In this document: in pieces, positions 11,858 to 23,978 of the stretch
Numbering within the stretch: position 1 is the first letter of the stretch
Layout: every line of letters begins with the position of its first letter
From: Chiloscyllium plagiosum
Taxonomy: Eukaryota
Direction of reading: 5' to 3'
Length of the DNA stretch: 52,046 bases
NCBI RefSeq assembly: GCF_004010195.1
Contig: NC_057719.1
Location: 40,996,969 to 41,049,014 of the forward strand
Translations under genes and position numbers: made by a program
The notes under the pieces: generated by a model
Database searches by the model: none
Told to the model about the DNA's origin: nothing
Seen by the model: the letters and a program-made list of their open reading frames with translations, nothing else

Positions 11858-12424
11858 CATAGAGACACAGAGTCATAGAGATATACAGCACGGAAATAGA
11901 ACCTTCGGTCCAACCCGTCCATGCTGACCAGATATCCCAACCCAATCTAGTACCACCTGCCAGCACGTTGCCCATATCCCTCCAAACCCTTTCTATTCAT
12001 TTGTCCAACCTTGTGCCTTTTAAATGTTGCAATTGTACTAGCCTCAACCACTTCCTCTGGCAGCTCATTCCATACACGTACCACATCTGGATAGAAAAAG
12101 TTGCCCCTTAGGTCTCTTTTATATCTTTCCCCTCTCACCCTAAACCTATACCCTCTAGATCTGGACTCCCCCACCACAGGGTCTATTTATCCTATCCATA
12201 TCCCTCATGATTTTATAAACCTGTATAAGGTCACCCCTCAACCTCTGACGCTCCAGGGAAAACAGTCCTACCCTATTCAACCTCTCCCTATAGCTCAAAT
12301 CCTCCAATCCTGGCAACATCCTTGTAAATCTTTTCTGAACCCTTTCAATTTTCACAACATCTTTCCAATAGGAAGGAGACCAGAATTGCACGCAATATTC
12401 CAACAATGGCCTAACCAATGTCCT
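11858..12424 (-). mobile_element. CR1 LINE 3' fragment (HER1-like)
   Basis: ORF 12155..12418 VRPLLEYCVQFWSP...LFSLERQRLRGDLIQVYKIM; ORF 11947..12177 VVRVWNELPEEVVEA; CTATGACT-type tail. Confidence 0.93.
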
Positions 12425-12734
12425 AACATCTCGAATAATTTAGAGAGAAGGCTGAAAGCTAAGCTTTGGTAGAAAGGTTGAGAGAGATAACTGATTGGCA
12501 GGTTGATAAGATTGGCTTTGTGAAATTCTGAGAAGTAAAGAATGGAAGGGTACAGTGAAGAAGAGAGGCGTAGGAGAAAAATTCAGCTACTAATGTTGAG
12601 ACAAAATGATATGGGCAGTGAATCAGATGGAGGCCAAGACTGTCTACTAAGGGCAATTATACTTTCAGTCGAAGAATATTTACAGGGTAGACATGACAGG
12701 AGCCATGTAATAGTGAGATCAGATCACGTGTAAC

Positions 12735-13290
12735 TCTGGAGGACTCCAACAGCTCCAACAACACCATCCAGGATGAAGCAATCCACTTGACTGGCACCAT
12801 AAACATCCACTCCTTCCACCACCAATGCTCAGTATCAGCAATGTGTACCGTCTGCAAGATAGACTACAGTAATTCACCAAAGATTCTCAGACAGCACCTT
12901 CCAAATCCACGACCACTTCCATCTAGGAGGACAAGGGCAGCAAATACATGGGAACACCACCCTCCAAGCCACTGACCATCCTGATTTAGACATTATTTCT
13001 CATTCATTCACAGGGATAAGGGCATAATTGGTGAGACCAGTATTTATTGTCCCATCCCTAATTGCTCAGAGGGCAATTTAAGTGTTAACCACTGTGCTAT
13101 TCCTTCACTGAGGCTGGGTCGATACCCTGGAATTTCCTTCCTAATGGCGATGTGGGTATACCTACATCAAATTGATTGCAGCAGTTCAAGAAGGGAAATC
13201 ACCATTATCTTTTCAAGGAAACTATGGACAGTCAATAAATGCTGGCTCAAACAGCTGTGCCCACATCCCATGAGTGAATTAAAAAAAAAA
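12735..13290 (+). mobile_element. CR1/L2-group LINE 3' fragment containing an inverted SINE-tail insertion (about 12995-13095)
   Basis: TIQDEAIHLTGTINIHSFHHQCSVSAMCTV-like C-terminus and tail caataaatgctgg...cccacatcccatgagtgaattaaaaaaaaaa; internal minus-strand tail atttattgtcccatccctaattgc. Confidence 0.8.
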
Positions 13291-13372
13291 TCTGTCCTCT
13301 TTTACCATCTTCTATATATAGTTATGTTCATAAAACCTTTGCTGTTCACTCTCAGGAATGGAGATCAGACAT

Positions 13373-13720
13373 TATTACATGGTGGCAGTAGTACCCAGAC
13401 CCATAGAACTGAAGGCGGGCTCCAAGAACCTAAGACAGAGATGGTTAGGATAACCCACAAGACTGGGCCATGGGGGAAATACCTGATGTGAAGATCAGCA
13501 GTGATAGGGCCTGACTAGCAATGGACTTTGAGGCATATTTTATATTTGAGTTTGCAGCTATCAATAGGAAGTGACATCAAGCCATGGTGACACTGTGTAA
13601 GAACCTATTCCGATAAAACCATGCAGGGAACTCTCCCTGCTCTGTACCTACCTTATATTGTTAAGTAAAGAGTTCTGGTTACAGAGGCTTGTTCCACACC
13701 TATCTCTAAGAACATCGACA
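13373..13720 (+). mobile_element. Possible solo LTR
   Basis: About 350-bp unit with ATAAAA and AGTAAA poly(A)-like signals and an ...ACA end. No partner LTR or TSD confirmed. Confidence 0.3.
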
Positions 13721-14946
13721 ATGTGAAGGCAGCATTAAAAGAACAACAAGATCATCTTGTAGGAATGATAGTGTCACCTGATTGTGCCCCCAACTTAAGC
13801 AAAAGTTGAAAACAAAGGCAGTTCGCAGCAGCAGCCACATTCCAATGCTAAAAGCAGGGTTGGTCGGCAAGTGAGAAGTAATCTTTAAAACGAATGGCAG
13901 TTATGGACCCAAAGCAAAATTTACCAGCAGTTACAACTTCCCTCTGAAATTTTATAAGTGGCTGCATTTTTCTAGATTGGCTTATTAGGACATTGATAGC
14001 AAAAATAATCATCCAAATTTTGTAATGTAGAACTAGATCTGTGGTTAACAATGACAACTGGATTGGGGGAGGGTAAAAGTGAACTGTGTGACAAGGTGGA
14101 GCACTATACAGTGCCACCAATGGTGAAGATGTAAATTGCATAATATTTAAACTTGACTTGTGGAAATCTTTGTCTCTGGAGGTGGTGTGTTGGGAGGCAG
14201 GAAGAATCCAGATGTGTGTTGGTATAGCCAGGGGCCACCAACTTCCAGCTTCCAAAAGAGCTACATTCTGGGTGGGAAGGTCTGTGGTCCACCTTCCTGT
14301 CTTACCACTAGTTGAGGTCATTAAGTGAGCAATAAAGGACCACCTGAAGGCATCATCCCACTGCCCCCAGGGATTGTCTCAGCTCTGGGCAGGCATGTTG
14401 CCATGCAGCATGCCAGCTAGCTATCCTGTGGCAACTTGTCACCCTGGAGTGTGGAGGAGGCAACCTTGCTTGAAGGAACTCAGTATCTGAATTAAGGGCC
14501 TAGACTTTATGCAGGGTGGTGCTCCGGGGAAACTATTTCTCCCTTCCCTACCCTGACCTTCTCTGTCCCCCAACCTGAGAAACCACCCCTTTACCACTTC
14601 ACCTTTGTCCTTGACCCTCTCCAATGCTGGGACTTTGGGGGTGGTCTTCCATCAGCAGCCACATTATCTTCTCCATGGCACTGCTGACGATAAGAGGAGG
14701 TTTGCAAATTGGCACCCTTTCAAAACTGAATTTTTCTGGAACTTTGCTGTTACAGTGGTAACTCACCTCCTCTGAGCATAAACAAGTGCCTACTTCATAA
14801 AAACACAAGGAAGGAATAAGTAAAGCCACACGAATCTCCTGGATCACAGAGATCACAATATTCCATGGGACTGACATTTACAATTTGTCTGACTCCATAT
14901 GAACTTTATTATTAATGTAGTTTTTGTGTAAACAACATCATCTTGA

Positions 14947-16575
14947 CATAAGACCAGCAGATACGGGAGTAGAATTAGGCCATCATGTCTGTTCCACCAT
15001 TTGATCATGGCTCATATGTTTCTCTGGAATGAGAAAAACAAAAAAAAATTAGAAATGTTTCTCAGTCTCATTCTCCCTGTAACCTTTGTACCACTTAATA
15101 ATCAAGGAACTATCTATCTTTGTCTTAAATACACACAATGACTTGGCCTCTACAGTCCATTGCAGCAATTAGTTCCACAGATTCACTATCCTCTGGCTGA
15201 AGAAATTCCTCCTCATTTCAGTTCCAAAGGGGCATCCCTTCACTTTGAGGCTGTGCCTTTGGGGCCTAGTCTCTCCTACTAGTGGCAACATCTGCTCTAT
15301 ATCCGCCTATTCAGGCCTCTCAATATTCTGTAAGTTTCAATCACCTCCCTCCTCATCCTTCTGAACTCCATTGAGTACTTACTCAGAGCACCCATATGAC
15401 AGGCCCTTCATCTCTGGGATCACTCTTGTAAAATTCTTCTTGACGCCCCCTCCAAAGCTAACACTCTGTTTCTTAGGTATGGGGACCAAAATTGCTCACA
15501 AAGTTCCCTACCTGCTCATACTGTATTTCATCAGCAGAAACTCTTTCCTTTTTCTACCAATATCATTGGGAAATATCTGGACCATGACAACTGGATCTTT
15601 CTTCTCCCATTCCAACTTCTTTTGCAGCACAGATAACATATCCTGAACTCAGGCACCAGGCAGGCAACATAGCCAATACTCCAAATGCCATCTGACCAGA
15701 GCCTTATATAGCCTAAGTGATACGTCTCTGCTCTTGTATTTCAACCCTCTTGAAATGAATGCTGACATTGCATCCACCTTCCTAACTGCCAACTGAACCT
15801 GCATTATTCCTGATGAAGGGCTTTTGCCCAAAACGTCGATTTTGCCTGTCCTCGGATGCTGCCTGAATTGCTGTGCTCTTCCAGCACCACTGATCCAGAA
15901 ACTGAACCTGCATGTTAACCTGACGAGAAACCCGAACTAGGACTCCCAAGTACCTTTGTGCTTCAGATTTCCAAAGCTTGTCCCCATTTAGAAATAGTCT
16001 AGGCCTCTATTTTTCCTACCACAGTGCATAACATCATATTTTCCCACATTGTATTCCATCTGCCATTTCAATACCCATTCTCCTGACCTGTCCTTCTGCA
16101 GCCTCCCTACTTCCTCAATACTCCTTGTCCCTCCTCACATCTTTGTGTAAATTTAGCAACAATACCCTCAGTTCCTTCATCCAGATCATTAATATATAAC
16201 GTGAATACTTGTGGTCCCAACTCTGATCCCTTTGGAACTCCACTGGTCACTGGCTGCCATCCTGAAAAAGACACCTTTATTCCTCCTTGGTGCCTTCTGT
16301 CAGTCATCCAGCCATGCCAGTACCTTGCCCCTAACACAATAGGCTAAATAATCTTATTAAGCATCTAATCTTATGTATCAGTCTCTTGTGGCACCTTGTC
16401 AAAGGCTTTGTGGAAATCCAAATAGATCATGTCCACTGCCTCTCCTTTGTCAATCTTGTTCGTCACCTCCTCAAAGAATTCTAGCGGATTTATCAGGCAT
16501 GACCTCTCTTGACAAAGTCATGCTGACTTAGCCTATTTTATCATGCACATCCAAGCACCCTGCAATCTCATCCAG
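14947..16575 (-). mobile_element. CR1 LINE ORF2 (RT and 3' end), decayed, with internal insertions
   Basis: ORF 16107..16337 [35 protein letters not shown] 15649..15831 LKYKSRDVSLRLYKALVRWHLEY; CR1 3' tail at 14947-15010. Confidence 0.9.
15805..15899 (+). mobile_element. 95-bp PLE-tail insertion (hammerhead motif plus 3' tail) with 14-bp TSD
   Basis: AACTGAACCTGCAT at 15791-15804 and 15900-15913. Inside: CTGATGA A GGGC TTTT GCCC AAAA CGTC, with the G of GAAA mutated to A. Confidence 0.9.
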
Positions 16576-17229
16576 AGTTTGCTACACTTTTCGTTCTGAT
16601 TTTTAATTTAGCCCCTATCTGCTCATATTTCACCAGCAGAACCTCTTTCTAATTATATTATGGGTTCCTACGTGGACCATGGCAATTGGACCTTTCCCCT
16701 CCCAGTCCAAGTTCCTCTGGAGTACTGATAATATATCCTGAACCCAGGCATGAAGGAGGGAACACAGCATTTGGGACTCTCGATCCTAGCCACCAGGAAC
16801 AGTGTCTATTCCCTTGACTATACTGTCCCTGATTGCAACTACAGTCCTCTTTTCTTCCCAATCTTGAATGGCTCCCTGTTACCATGGTGCTATGGTCAAT
16901 TTGCTCGTCCTCCCTACAGGTCCCATTCTCATCCACACAGTGAGCAGGAATCTCAAACCTTTTAGGCAAACTCAAGGGCTGAGGCTCCTTCTGCACCACC
17001 TCCTGGATCCTCTCTTTGCATCGCTAGTAGTCACAGCCTCCTGTACCTGACTACTGACCACTGTCCAGGTAACTCTGTCCCACCTTGATGTGCTCAAAGC
17101 TCATATTACAGCTCATGAATTCTGAGATGGCATTCCTTAAGCAACTAACACTTGCTACAGATGTCAGTGCCAAAACGTGTGGTGCTGGAAAAGCACAGCT
17201 GGTCAGGCAACATCCAAGGAGCAGGAGAG

Positions 17230-17262
17230 TTGATGTTTCGAGTATAAGCTCTTCATCAGGAA
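17230..17262 (-). ncRNA. Degenerate hammerhead motif
   Basis: Reverse complement: CTGATGA A GAGC TTAT ACTC GAAA CATC. Confidence 0.6.
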
Positions 17263-17923
17263 AGTGGGAGGGGGCCCAAAGGAGCTGAGAGATAATTGGG
17301 AGGGGTGGGTGGGGCTGAGGGAAGGTAGTTAGGAAGGCGATAATAAGATGAAGGTGGGGTGTGATGGTGATAGGTCAGAGAAGAGGGTGATGCAGATAGA
17401 TGGTAAGGAAGATGGACAGGTAGGACAATTCAAGATGGTGGTGCCTCGTTGGAGGGTTGGATCTGTGATAAGGTGGGGCGAGGGCAGATTAGGAAACTGG
17501 TGAAATTGATATTGAGGTAGCGGTGGAGGAGGCCCAAGACTTCAACTCCTCCTCCCACTCCACCAAGGACATGCAAGTCCACCTGTGCCTCCTCCATCGC
17601 CAAATTCTAGCCACCCAATGCCTGGAGGAAGTACATTCATCTTCCCCCTTGGGGCCCACTAACCACGTGGGATCAATGTCGATTTCACAAGTTTCCTGAT
17701 CTCCCCTCCCCCCACCTTATCCCAGATTCAACCCTCCAACTAGGCATCACCATCTTGAACTGTCCTACCTGTCCATCTACTTTCCCACCTATCCGCTCCA
17801 TCCTCCACTCTGACTGATCACCATCACCCCCCACCTTCATCTACTTATCGCATTCCCAACTACCTTGCCTCAGCCCACCCCCCTCCTATTTATCTCGCAG
17901 TGCCAGTTTTCCCCCACCCCCAC

Positions 17924-17956
17924 ATTCCTGATGAAAAGCTTATGCTCGAAACCGCA
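17924..17956 (+). ncRNA. Degenerate hammerhead motif
   Basis: CTGATGA(17928-17934) A AAGC TTAT GCTC GAAA CCGC. Confidence 0.6.
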
Positions 17957-19431
17957 ACTCTCCTGCTTATCGGATGCTGCCTAATCGGTTGTGCTCTTCC
18001 AGCACCACACTCTTTAACTCTGATCTCCAGCATCTGCAGTCCTCACTTTCTCCCACTTGCTACAGATGTGGTCACTAAGAACCACAATGGAGCCAACAAC
18101 ATATCATTTGGCCCTGTAACTCTATTTTAATTACGAGTTCTTGATTTGATTTTTAAACATCACGCACTGGTCTTTTAGCTTGCAGCCTGTAAAATAAAAC
18201 TCCGACTTACCTTCAATTTGAAAGTGACCTATAACAGATGGTTGAATTAGTAGCTAATACCAACCAATGAACTTCCAGTTTATCTGTGATGTCACAGTTT
18301 TGCTGGGCTCCTGATCCTGGGCTTGAATTTATCCTGTTTAAACATTGCAAACTGTGAGCCCAAGGAAAGGCAAGCAAAAAATACCTCTTCCCCTCTGCAT
18401 TGACTTCCTAGGCTGCCTCCAAATTTCCTGAACTATTTTTTCATTTTGGCTGTGTCTCACTTTCTCCTTCCTGAACATGTGAAGTTTCCATCTTGAATAG
18501 CTTCTCCATGATTATTGGCCAACAGGATTCTGACAAATGTTTGATGAGCATAGGTTGCCAAATCCCCCAAATAAGGTATGTATAAGAACAAGAGTGGGGC
18601 TGGTGTAGGTTGGGGGAAGTGAAGTAGAGAGTTCTAGGGTACGAGTGGTTCCTTCATTGGGAGAAAACCAGGAGTTCTCTACATCAGCTCAAGGGAAGAG
18701 CAAAGACTGTTTGTCAACCAGAGACTGAGAGACATCAGGGATGAACAGTTTACCACTGCAAAGTGTAAGAATCCACCACTTCAGCCTCTCTGCTCGAGAG
18801 AATGGCTTTGGGATTGGGAAGGTATTCTCACCTGTGACACCTCGTATATTTCCTGTCCGCCATGAATTAAATAATGCATTTTATGTAAAACTGATGCTTT
18901 GCAACAATGTAATAAGTTACATGAAAATTCCTTAGAAATGGTTGATGACCTCTTCTTAAGTCATGAAACCCCAAAATGATTAGCTGATAGCTCTCAGTGG
19001 ATGGAGATCCCACTCCCAGGATCTTGATACCAAGGGAAGGCTTGCCATTGGTCTTAGTAGTATTTGATTGGCGTATGGCTCAGTGGGCCTTCTCTGGATT
19101 AGACAACACTAGTTTATGGGCAACTCTACAGCCCGCCAGAAAGATACTTGATGCCTCAAAAAGACTCCCCCTGCCAGATTAAACTGAGCACATCAATATG
19201 ATACCCAGCTAGGCTTGATGGGAACAGCACTATGGGAGACTCTTTCTGAACACCATAAGTATATACTAACGAAAGACATGGCACCATTGCAGACTGTCAT
19301 GTATTAGTTAGGGTTAACAATCCTCCAGGAATTAAAGATTATCTCCTACAGTTGTTGCTGTGAACAATTTGGCAGAAAAAATATCATTGGAGCATAAGGA
19401 CAAAGTTGTGCTTTTCTTCAATTTTCTTTGA

Positions 19432-19714
19432 TGTGGAGGTGCCAGTGTTGGACTGAGGTGGAAAAAGTAAAAAATCACAGGACACTGGGTTATAGTTCAA
19501 CAGGTTTATTTGAAATCGTAAGTATTCGGAACCCTACCGCAAGCTTACAGTTTCAAATAAACCTGTTGAACTATGGAGATAAGGCAGGAAGAGGATACTG
19601 ATTAGGAATGATCAGCCATGATCATATTGAATGTGCAGGCTCGAAGGGCTGAATGGCCTACTCCTGCACCTATTGTCTATTGTCTATTGTCTAACCCAGT
19701 ATCGTGTGGTTTTT
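19432..19714. mobile_element. Short fold-back remnant of the second PLE family with 12-bp TSD, interrupted by a CR1 3' end
   Basis: AATTTTCTTTGA at 19420-19431 and 19715-19726. Arms ctgggttatagttcaacaggtttatttgaaa and tttcaaataaacctgttgaactat[CR1]aacccag. Similar to 29990-30080. Confidence 0.8.
19575..19692 (+). mobile_element. CR1 extreme 3' end with (CTATTGT)n tail
   Basis: ggagataaggcagg...gaatggcctactcctgcacctattgtctattgtctattgtct; same family as 37411-37733. Confidence 0.85.
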
Positions 19715-20117
19715 AATTTTCTTTGACCACTTTTGTTTATTATTTATAAAGATGTTGCGGTCAGGGAATTGAGATGGAAAGGCAGGTTAATTGGACATCA
19801 TGCGAGGAACTATCATGTATTTCCACCTACAGTTGAATGCAGTACTAGTAGGTTTCCAGTTGGTCATCTGGGGTATCAAGTGATTATCAAGCTCCTATTA
19901 TCAAAGCATACCTGTGACTCAGGTATCACTGTACTGGAGCAAATTTACAAGAGCACTTAGTTCATCACACTGGACATTGGTGAAGCCCATTCAAAATTGC
20001 TATCTATTTTCTAACTCCACCAAATCCCGTTCACCTAATTCCCCTGTGCTCAGTGACCTCAATTAACTCTCAATTTTAAAGCCCTCCATGACCTTAGCCA
20101 TCCCCATATTTTTAAAA

Positions 20118-22515
20118 AAATTCATTTGTGGGATGTGGTCATTGCTGGCTGGGCCAGCATTTATTGCCCATCCCTAGTTGCCCTTGAGAAGGTGGTAGTG
20201 AGCTGCCTTTGTGAACTGCTGCAGTCCACCTGCTGTGGGTTGACTCGCAATGCCATTAGGGAGGGAATTCCAGGATTTTGACCCAGCGACTGTGAAGGAA
20301 AGGTGATATATTCCCGTCAGGATGGTGAGTGGCTTGGAGGAGAACTTGAAGGTGTTGGTGTTCACATATATCTGCTGCTCTTGTCCTTCGAGATGGAAGT
20401 GGTCATTGGTTTGGAAGGAGATAGCTGAGGATCTTTGGTGAATTTCTGTAGTGCATCTTGCAGATTGTACACGCTGCTGCTACCAAGCATCAATGGTGAA
20501 GCGAGTGGATGATTGTAAATGCAGTGCCAATCAAACGGGCTGCTTTGTCCTAGATGATGTCATGATTCTTGAGTGTTGTTGGAGCTGCACTCATCCAGGC
20601 AAGTGTTCCATCACACTCCTGATTTATACCTTGTAGATAGTGGACAGGCTTTGAGGAGTCAGGATGTGAATTATTAACTGCGGTATTCCTAACCGCTGAC
20701 CTACTCTTGTAGCCACTGTGTTTATGTGGTGAGTCCAGTTAAGTTTCTGATCAATGATAACTCCCAGGATGTTAATAGTGGGGGAACTCATTGATGGTAA
20801 GATGATTGATGAGATTGTCTTTTATTTATGATGGTCATAGCCTGATATTTGTGTGGCACAAATGTTACTTTTCACTTGTTACTTGTTGCATTTGAACACG
20901 GACTGCTTCAGTATCTGAGGAGTCGTGAATGGTGCTGACCATTGTACAATCATCAGTGAACATCCCCACTTTTGATATTATGATGGAGAAAAGGTCATTG
21001 AGGAAGCAGCTGAAGATGGTTGGGCCTAGGACATTATCCTGAGGAATTCCTGCAGAGATGTCCTGGAGCTGAGATGACTGACTTCAAACAACCATGACCA
21101 TCTTCTTATGTGTTTGCCCCGATACCCATTGATGCCATTTTTGCTAGAGCTCCTGATGCCAGACTTGGTAGAATGCAGTCTTGATATCAAGGGCTGTCAC
21201 TCTCACCTCACCTCTGGAATTCAATTCTTGTCTGTTTGACTCAAGGCTGTAATGAGGTCAGGAGCTGAGGGGCCCTGGTGGAACCCAAACTGGGCGTCAC
21301 TGAGCAGGTTATTGCTGAGCAGGTGCTGCTTGATAGCACAGTAGATGCCATCTTCCACCACTTTTACTGATGATCAAACGTAGACTGGTGGGGTGGTAAT
21401 TGGCTTGGTTGAATTTGTCCTGCATTTTATATACAGGACATACTTGGGCAATTTTCCACATTGTCGGATGGAAACCAGTGATATTATTATACTGGAACAT
21501 TTGGCTAGGGGAGTGGCAAATCTTCAGTACTATTACCAGAATGTTGTCAGGGCCTGTATCCTTTGTTGTATCCAGGGTCTCCAGCTATTTCTTGATAACA
21601 CATGGAGTGAATTGAATTGGTTGAAGACTGGTATCTGTAATGCTGGGGACCACTGGAAGAAGCTGTGAAAGCTTCAGCCTTATCTTTTGCACTAATGTGC
21701 TAGGCTCGTCCATTATGGAGGATGGGGATATTTATGGAGCCTCCTGCTACAGTGAGTTGTTTAATTGTCCACCACCATGACTGGATGTGGCAGGGCTTAG
21801 ATCTGATCCATTGGTTGTGGGATTGTTTAGCTCTGTCAATTATTTGCTGCTTATCCTGTTTGGTATGCAGCTAGTCCTGTTTGGTGGCTTCACCAGGTTG
21901 ACCCTCATCTTCAGGTGCTGCTCCTGGCATGCCCTCCTGCATTCTCCATTGAACCAGGGTTGATCCTCTGGCTTGATGGTAATAATCAAGAGGGGATATG
22001 CTGGGCCATGTGGTTACAGATTGTGCTGGAGTACAATTCTGCTGCTGTTGATGGCCCACAGTACCTCATGGATGCCCAGTCTTGAGCTGTTAGATCTGTT
22101 CAAAGTCTGTCCCATTTAGCACGGTGATAGTGCCACACAACATGATGGAGGTTATTCTCAATGTGAAGGTGGGACTTGGTCTCCACAAAGGCTGTGCAGT
22201 GGTTGCTCTTACTGATTTTGACTTTGACAAATGCATCTGCAGTTGACAGATTGGTAAAAATGAGGTCCTACTCAGGAAACACTGAGTATGGCAATGGCAC
22301 AAAATATACTCTGGGTAGGGGATTTTACTATCAAGAGTGGCTCAGCAGTAGTACTACAGATCAAGCTAGCTGGGTCCTAAAGGACGCAGCTGCTAGACTG
22401 GGTCTGTGGCAGGTGGTGAGGGAACCAACAAGAAGGACCTCATTTTTACCAATCTGTCAACTGCAGATGCATTTGTCAAAGACAAAATCAGTAAGAGCAA
22501 CCACTGCACAGCCTT
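20118..22515 (-). mobile_element. CR1/L2-group LINE, about 2.2 kb of decayed ORF2 with an inverted 5' part (22270-22515 on +)
   Basis: Tail gcatttattgcccatccctagttgcccttgagaag; ORF 21309..21500 PTMWKIAQVCPVYKMQDKFNQANYHPTSL; GIPQDNVLGP-like motif near 21020-21050; endonuclease region LGLWQVVREPTR on +. Confidence 0.88.
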
Positions 22516-23625
22516 GAGAACACTTTTTTACAGATAGGGCTGCTGAAACAGTTATTATAAGAAGCATTACAATGTCTTTTAAGTTTTGATATAGGGATAA
22601 AAACAGAAAATAAGAGTTGACAGAGAAGGCATTCGTCGGCATTGTAGAGTGTACAGATAATTTAATGTTTTGAGCTTGGATCTTTTCTTGTGACATTGTG
22701 TTATGGTAATTCAGTCAGAGACCAAATTTACTAGTTCCAGCATGAGAGATTTTATTTTGATTATTTCCTTCATTTTACTGTTTTTTTAATTCATTTGTGG
22801 GACTTCGGCATTGTTGGCTGGCCAGCATTGATAGCCCATCCCTATTTGGAGGGGTGGGGTCTGAGGGCGGAGGTGCGGGATGTGGACGAGATGCGTTGGA
22901 GGGCATCTTTAACCACATGGGAAGGGAAATTGCGGTCTCTAAAAAAGGAGGCCACCTGGTGTGTTCTGTAGTGGAACTGGTCCTCCTGGGAGCAGATACC
23001 GCGGAGGCGGAGGAATTGGGAATACGGGATGGCATTTTTGCAAGAGGTAGGGTGGGAAGAGGTGTAATCCAGGTAGCTGTGGGAGTCGGTGGGTTTGTAA
23101 AAAATATCAGTGTCAAGTCCGTCGTCATTAATGGAAATGGAGAGGTCCAGGAAGGGGAGAGACGTATCAGAGATGGTCCAGGTAAATTTAAGGTCAGGGT
23201 GGAATGTGTTGGTGAAGTTGATGAATTGCTCAACCTCCTCGCGGGAGCACGAGATAGCGCCAATGCAGTCATCAATGTAGCGGAGGAAGAGGTGGGGAGT
23301 GGTGCCAGTGTAATTATGGAAGACCCCACCCCTCCAACCGTAACAAGGACAGAACGCCCCTGGTGCTCACCTTCCACCCTACACCAACCTTCACATAAAC
23401 CAAATCATCCGCCGACATTTCCGCCACCTCCAAAAAGACCCCATCACCAGGGATATATTTCCCTCCCCACCCATTTCCGCCTTCCGCAAAGACCATTCCC
23501 TCTGTGACTACCTGGTCAGGTCCACGCCCCCCTACGACCCACCCCCCCATCCTGGCACTTTCCCCTGCCACCGCAGGAACTGTAAAACCAGCGCCCACAC
23601 CTCCTCCCACACCTCTATCCAAGGC

Positions 23626-23978
23626 NNNNNNNNNNNNNNNNNNNNNNNNNNNNNNNNNNNNNNNNNNNNNNNNNNNNNNNNNNNNNNNNNNNNNNNNNNN
23701 NNNNNNNNNNNNNNNNNNNNNNNNNNNNNNNNNNNNNNNNNNNNNNNNNNNNNNNNNNNNNNNNNNNNNNNNNNNNNNNNNNNNNNNNNNNNNNNNNNNN
23801 NNNNNNNNNNNNNNNNNNNNNNNNNNNNNNNNNNNNNNNNNNNNNNNNNNNNNNNNNNNNNNNNNNNNNNNNNNNNNNNNNNNNNNNNNNNNNNNNNNNN
23901 NNNNNNNNNNNNNNNNNNNNNNNNNNNNNNNNNNNNNNNNNNNNNNNNNNNNNNNNNNNNNNNNNNNNNNNNNNNNNN
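23626..23978. other. Assembly gap (353 N)
   Basis: Run of N. Confidence 1.

Larger units (their letters stand above)
17165..18053. mobile_element. PLE insertion with inverted 3' ends (minus arm about 17175-17540, plus arm about 17540-18053) and 16-bp TSD
   Basis: CACTTGCTACAGATGT at 17149-17164 and 18054-18069. The plus arm carries the GIY-YIG C-terminus (FNSSSHSTKDMQV) and the tail. Each arm holds a degenerate hammerhead motif. Confidence 0.9.
16630..18125 (-). mobile_element. CR1 ORF1 (SGNH esterase-like) relic, interrupted by the PLE at 17165-18053
   Basis: Minus strand RTVVAIRDSIVKGIDTV...DRESQMLCS...MVHVGTHN, matching the GDS and HVGTND blocks of CR1 ORF1 esterases. Confidence 0.7.

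Noticed and set aside
22775..23507. 200-aa and 236-aa ORFs
   Set aside because: Off-frame and antisense reads of the inverted PLE fragment; stop-poor because of composition
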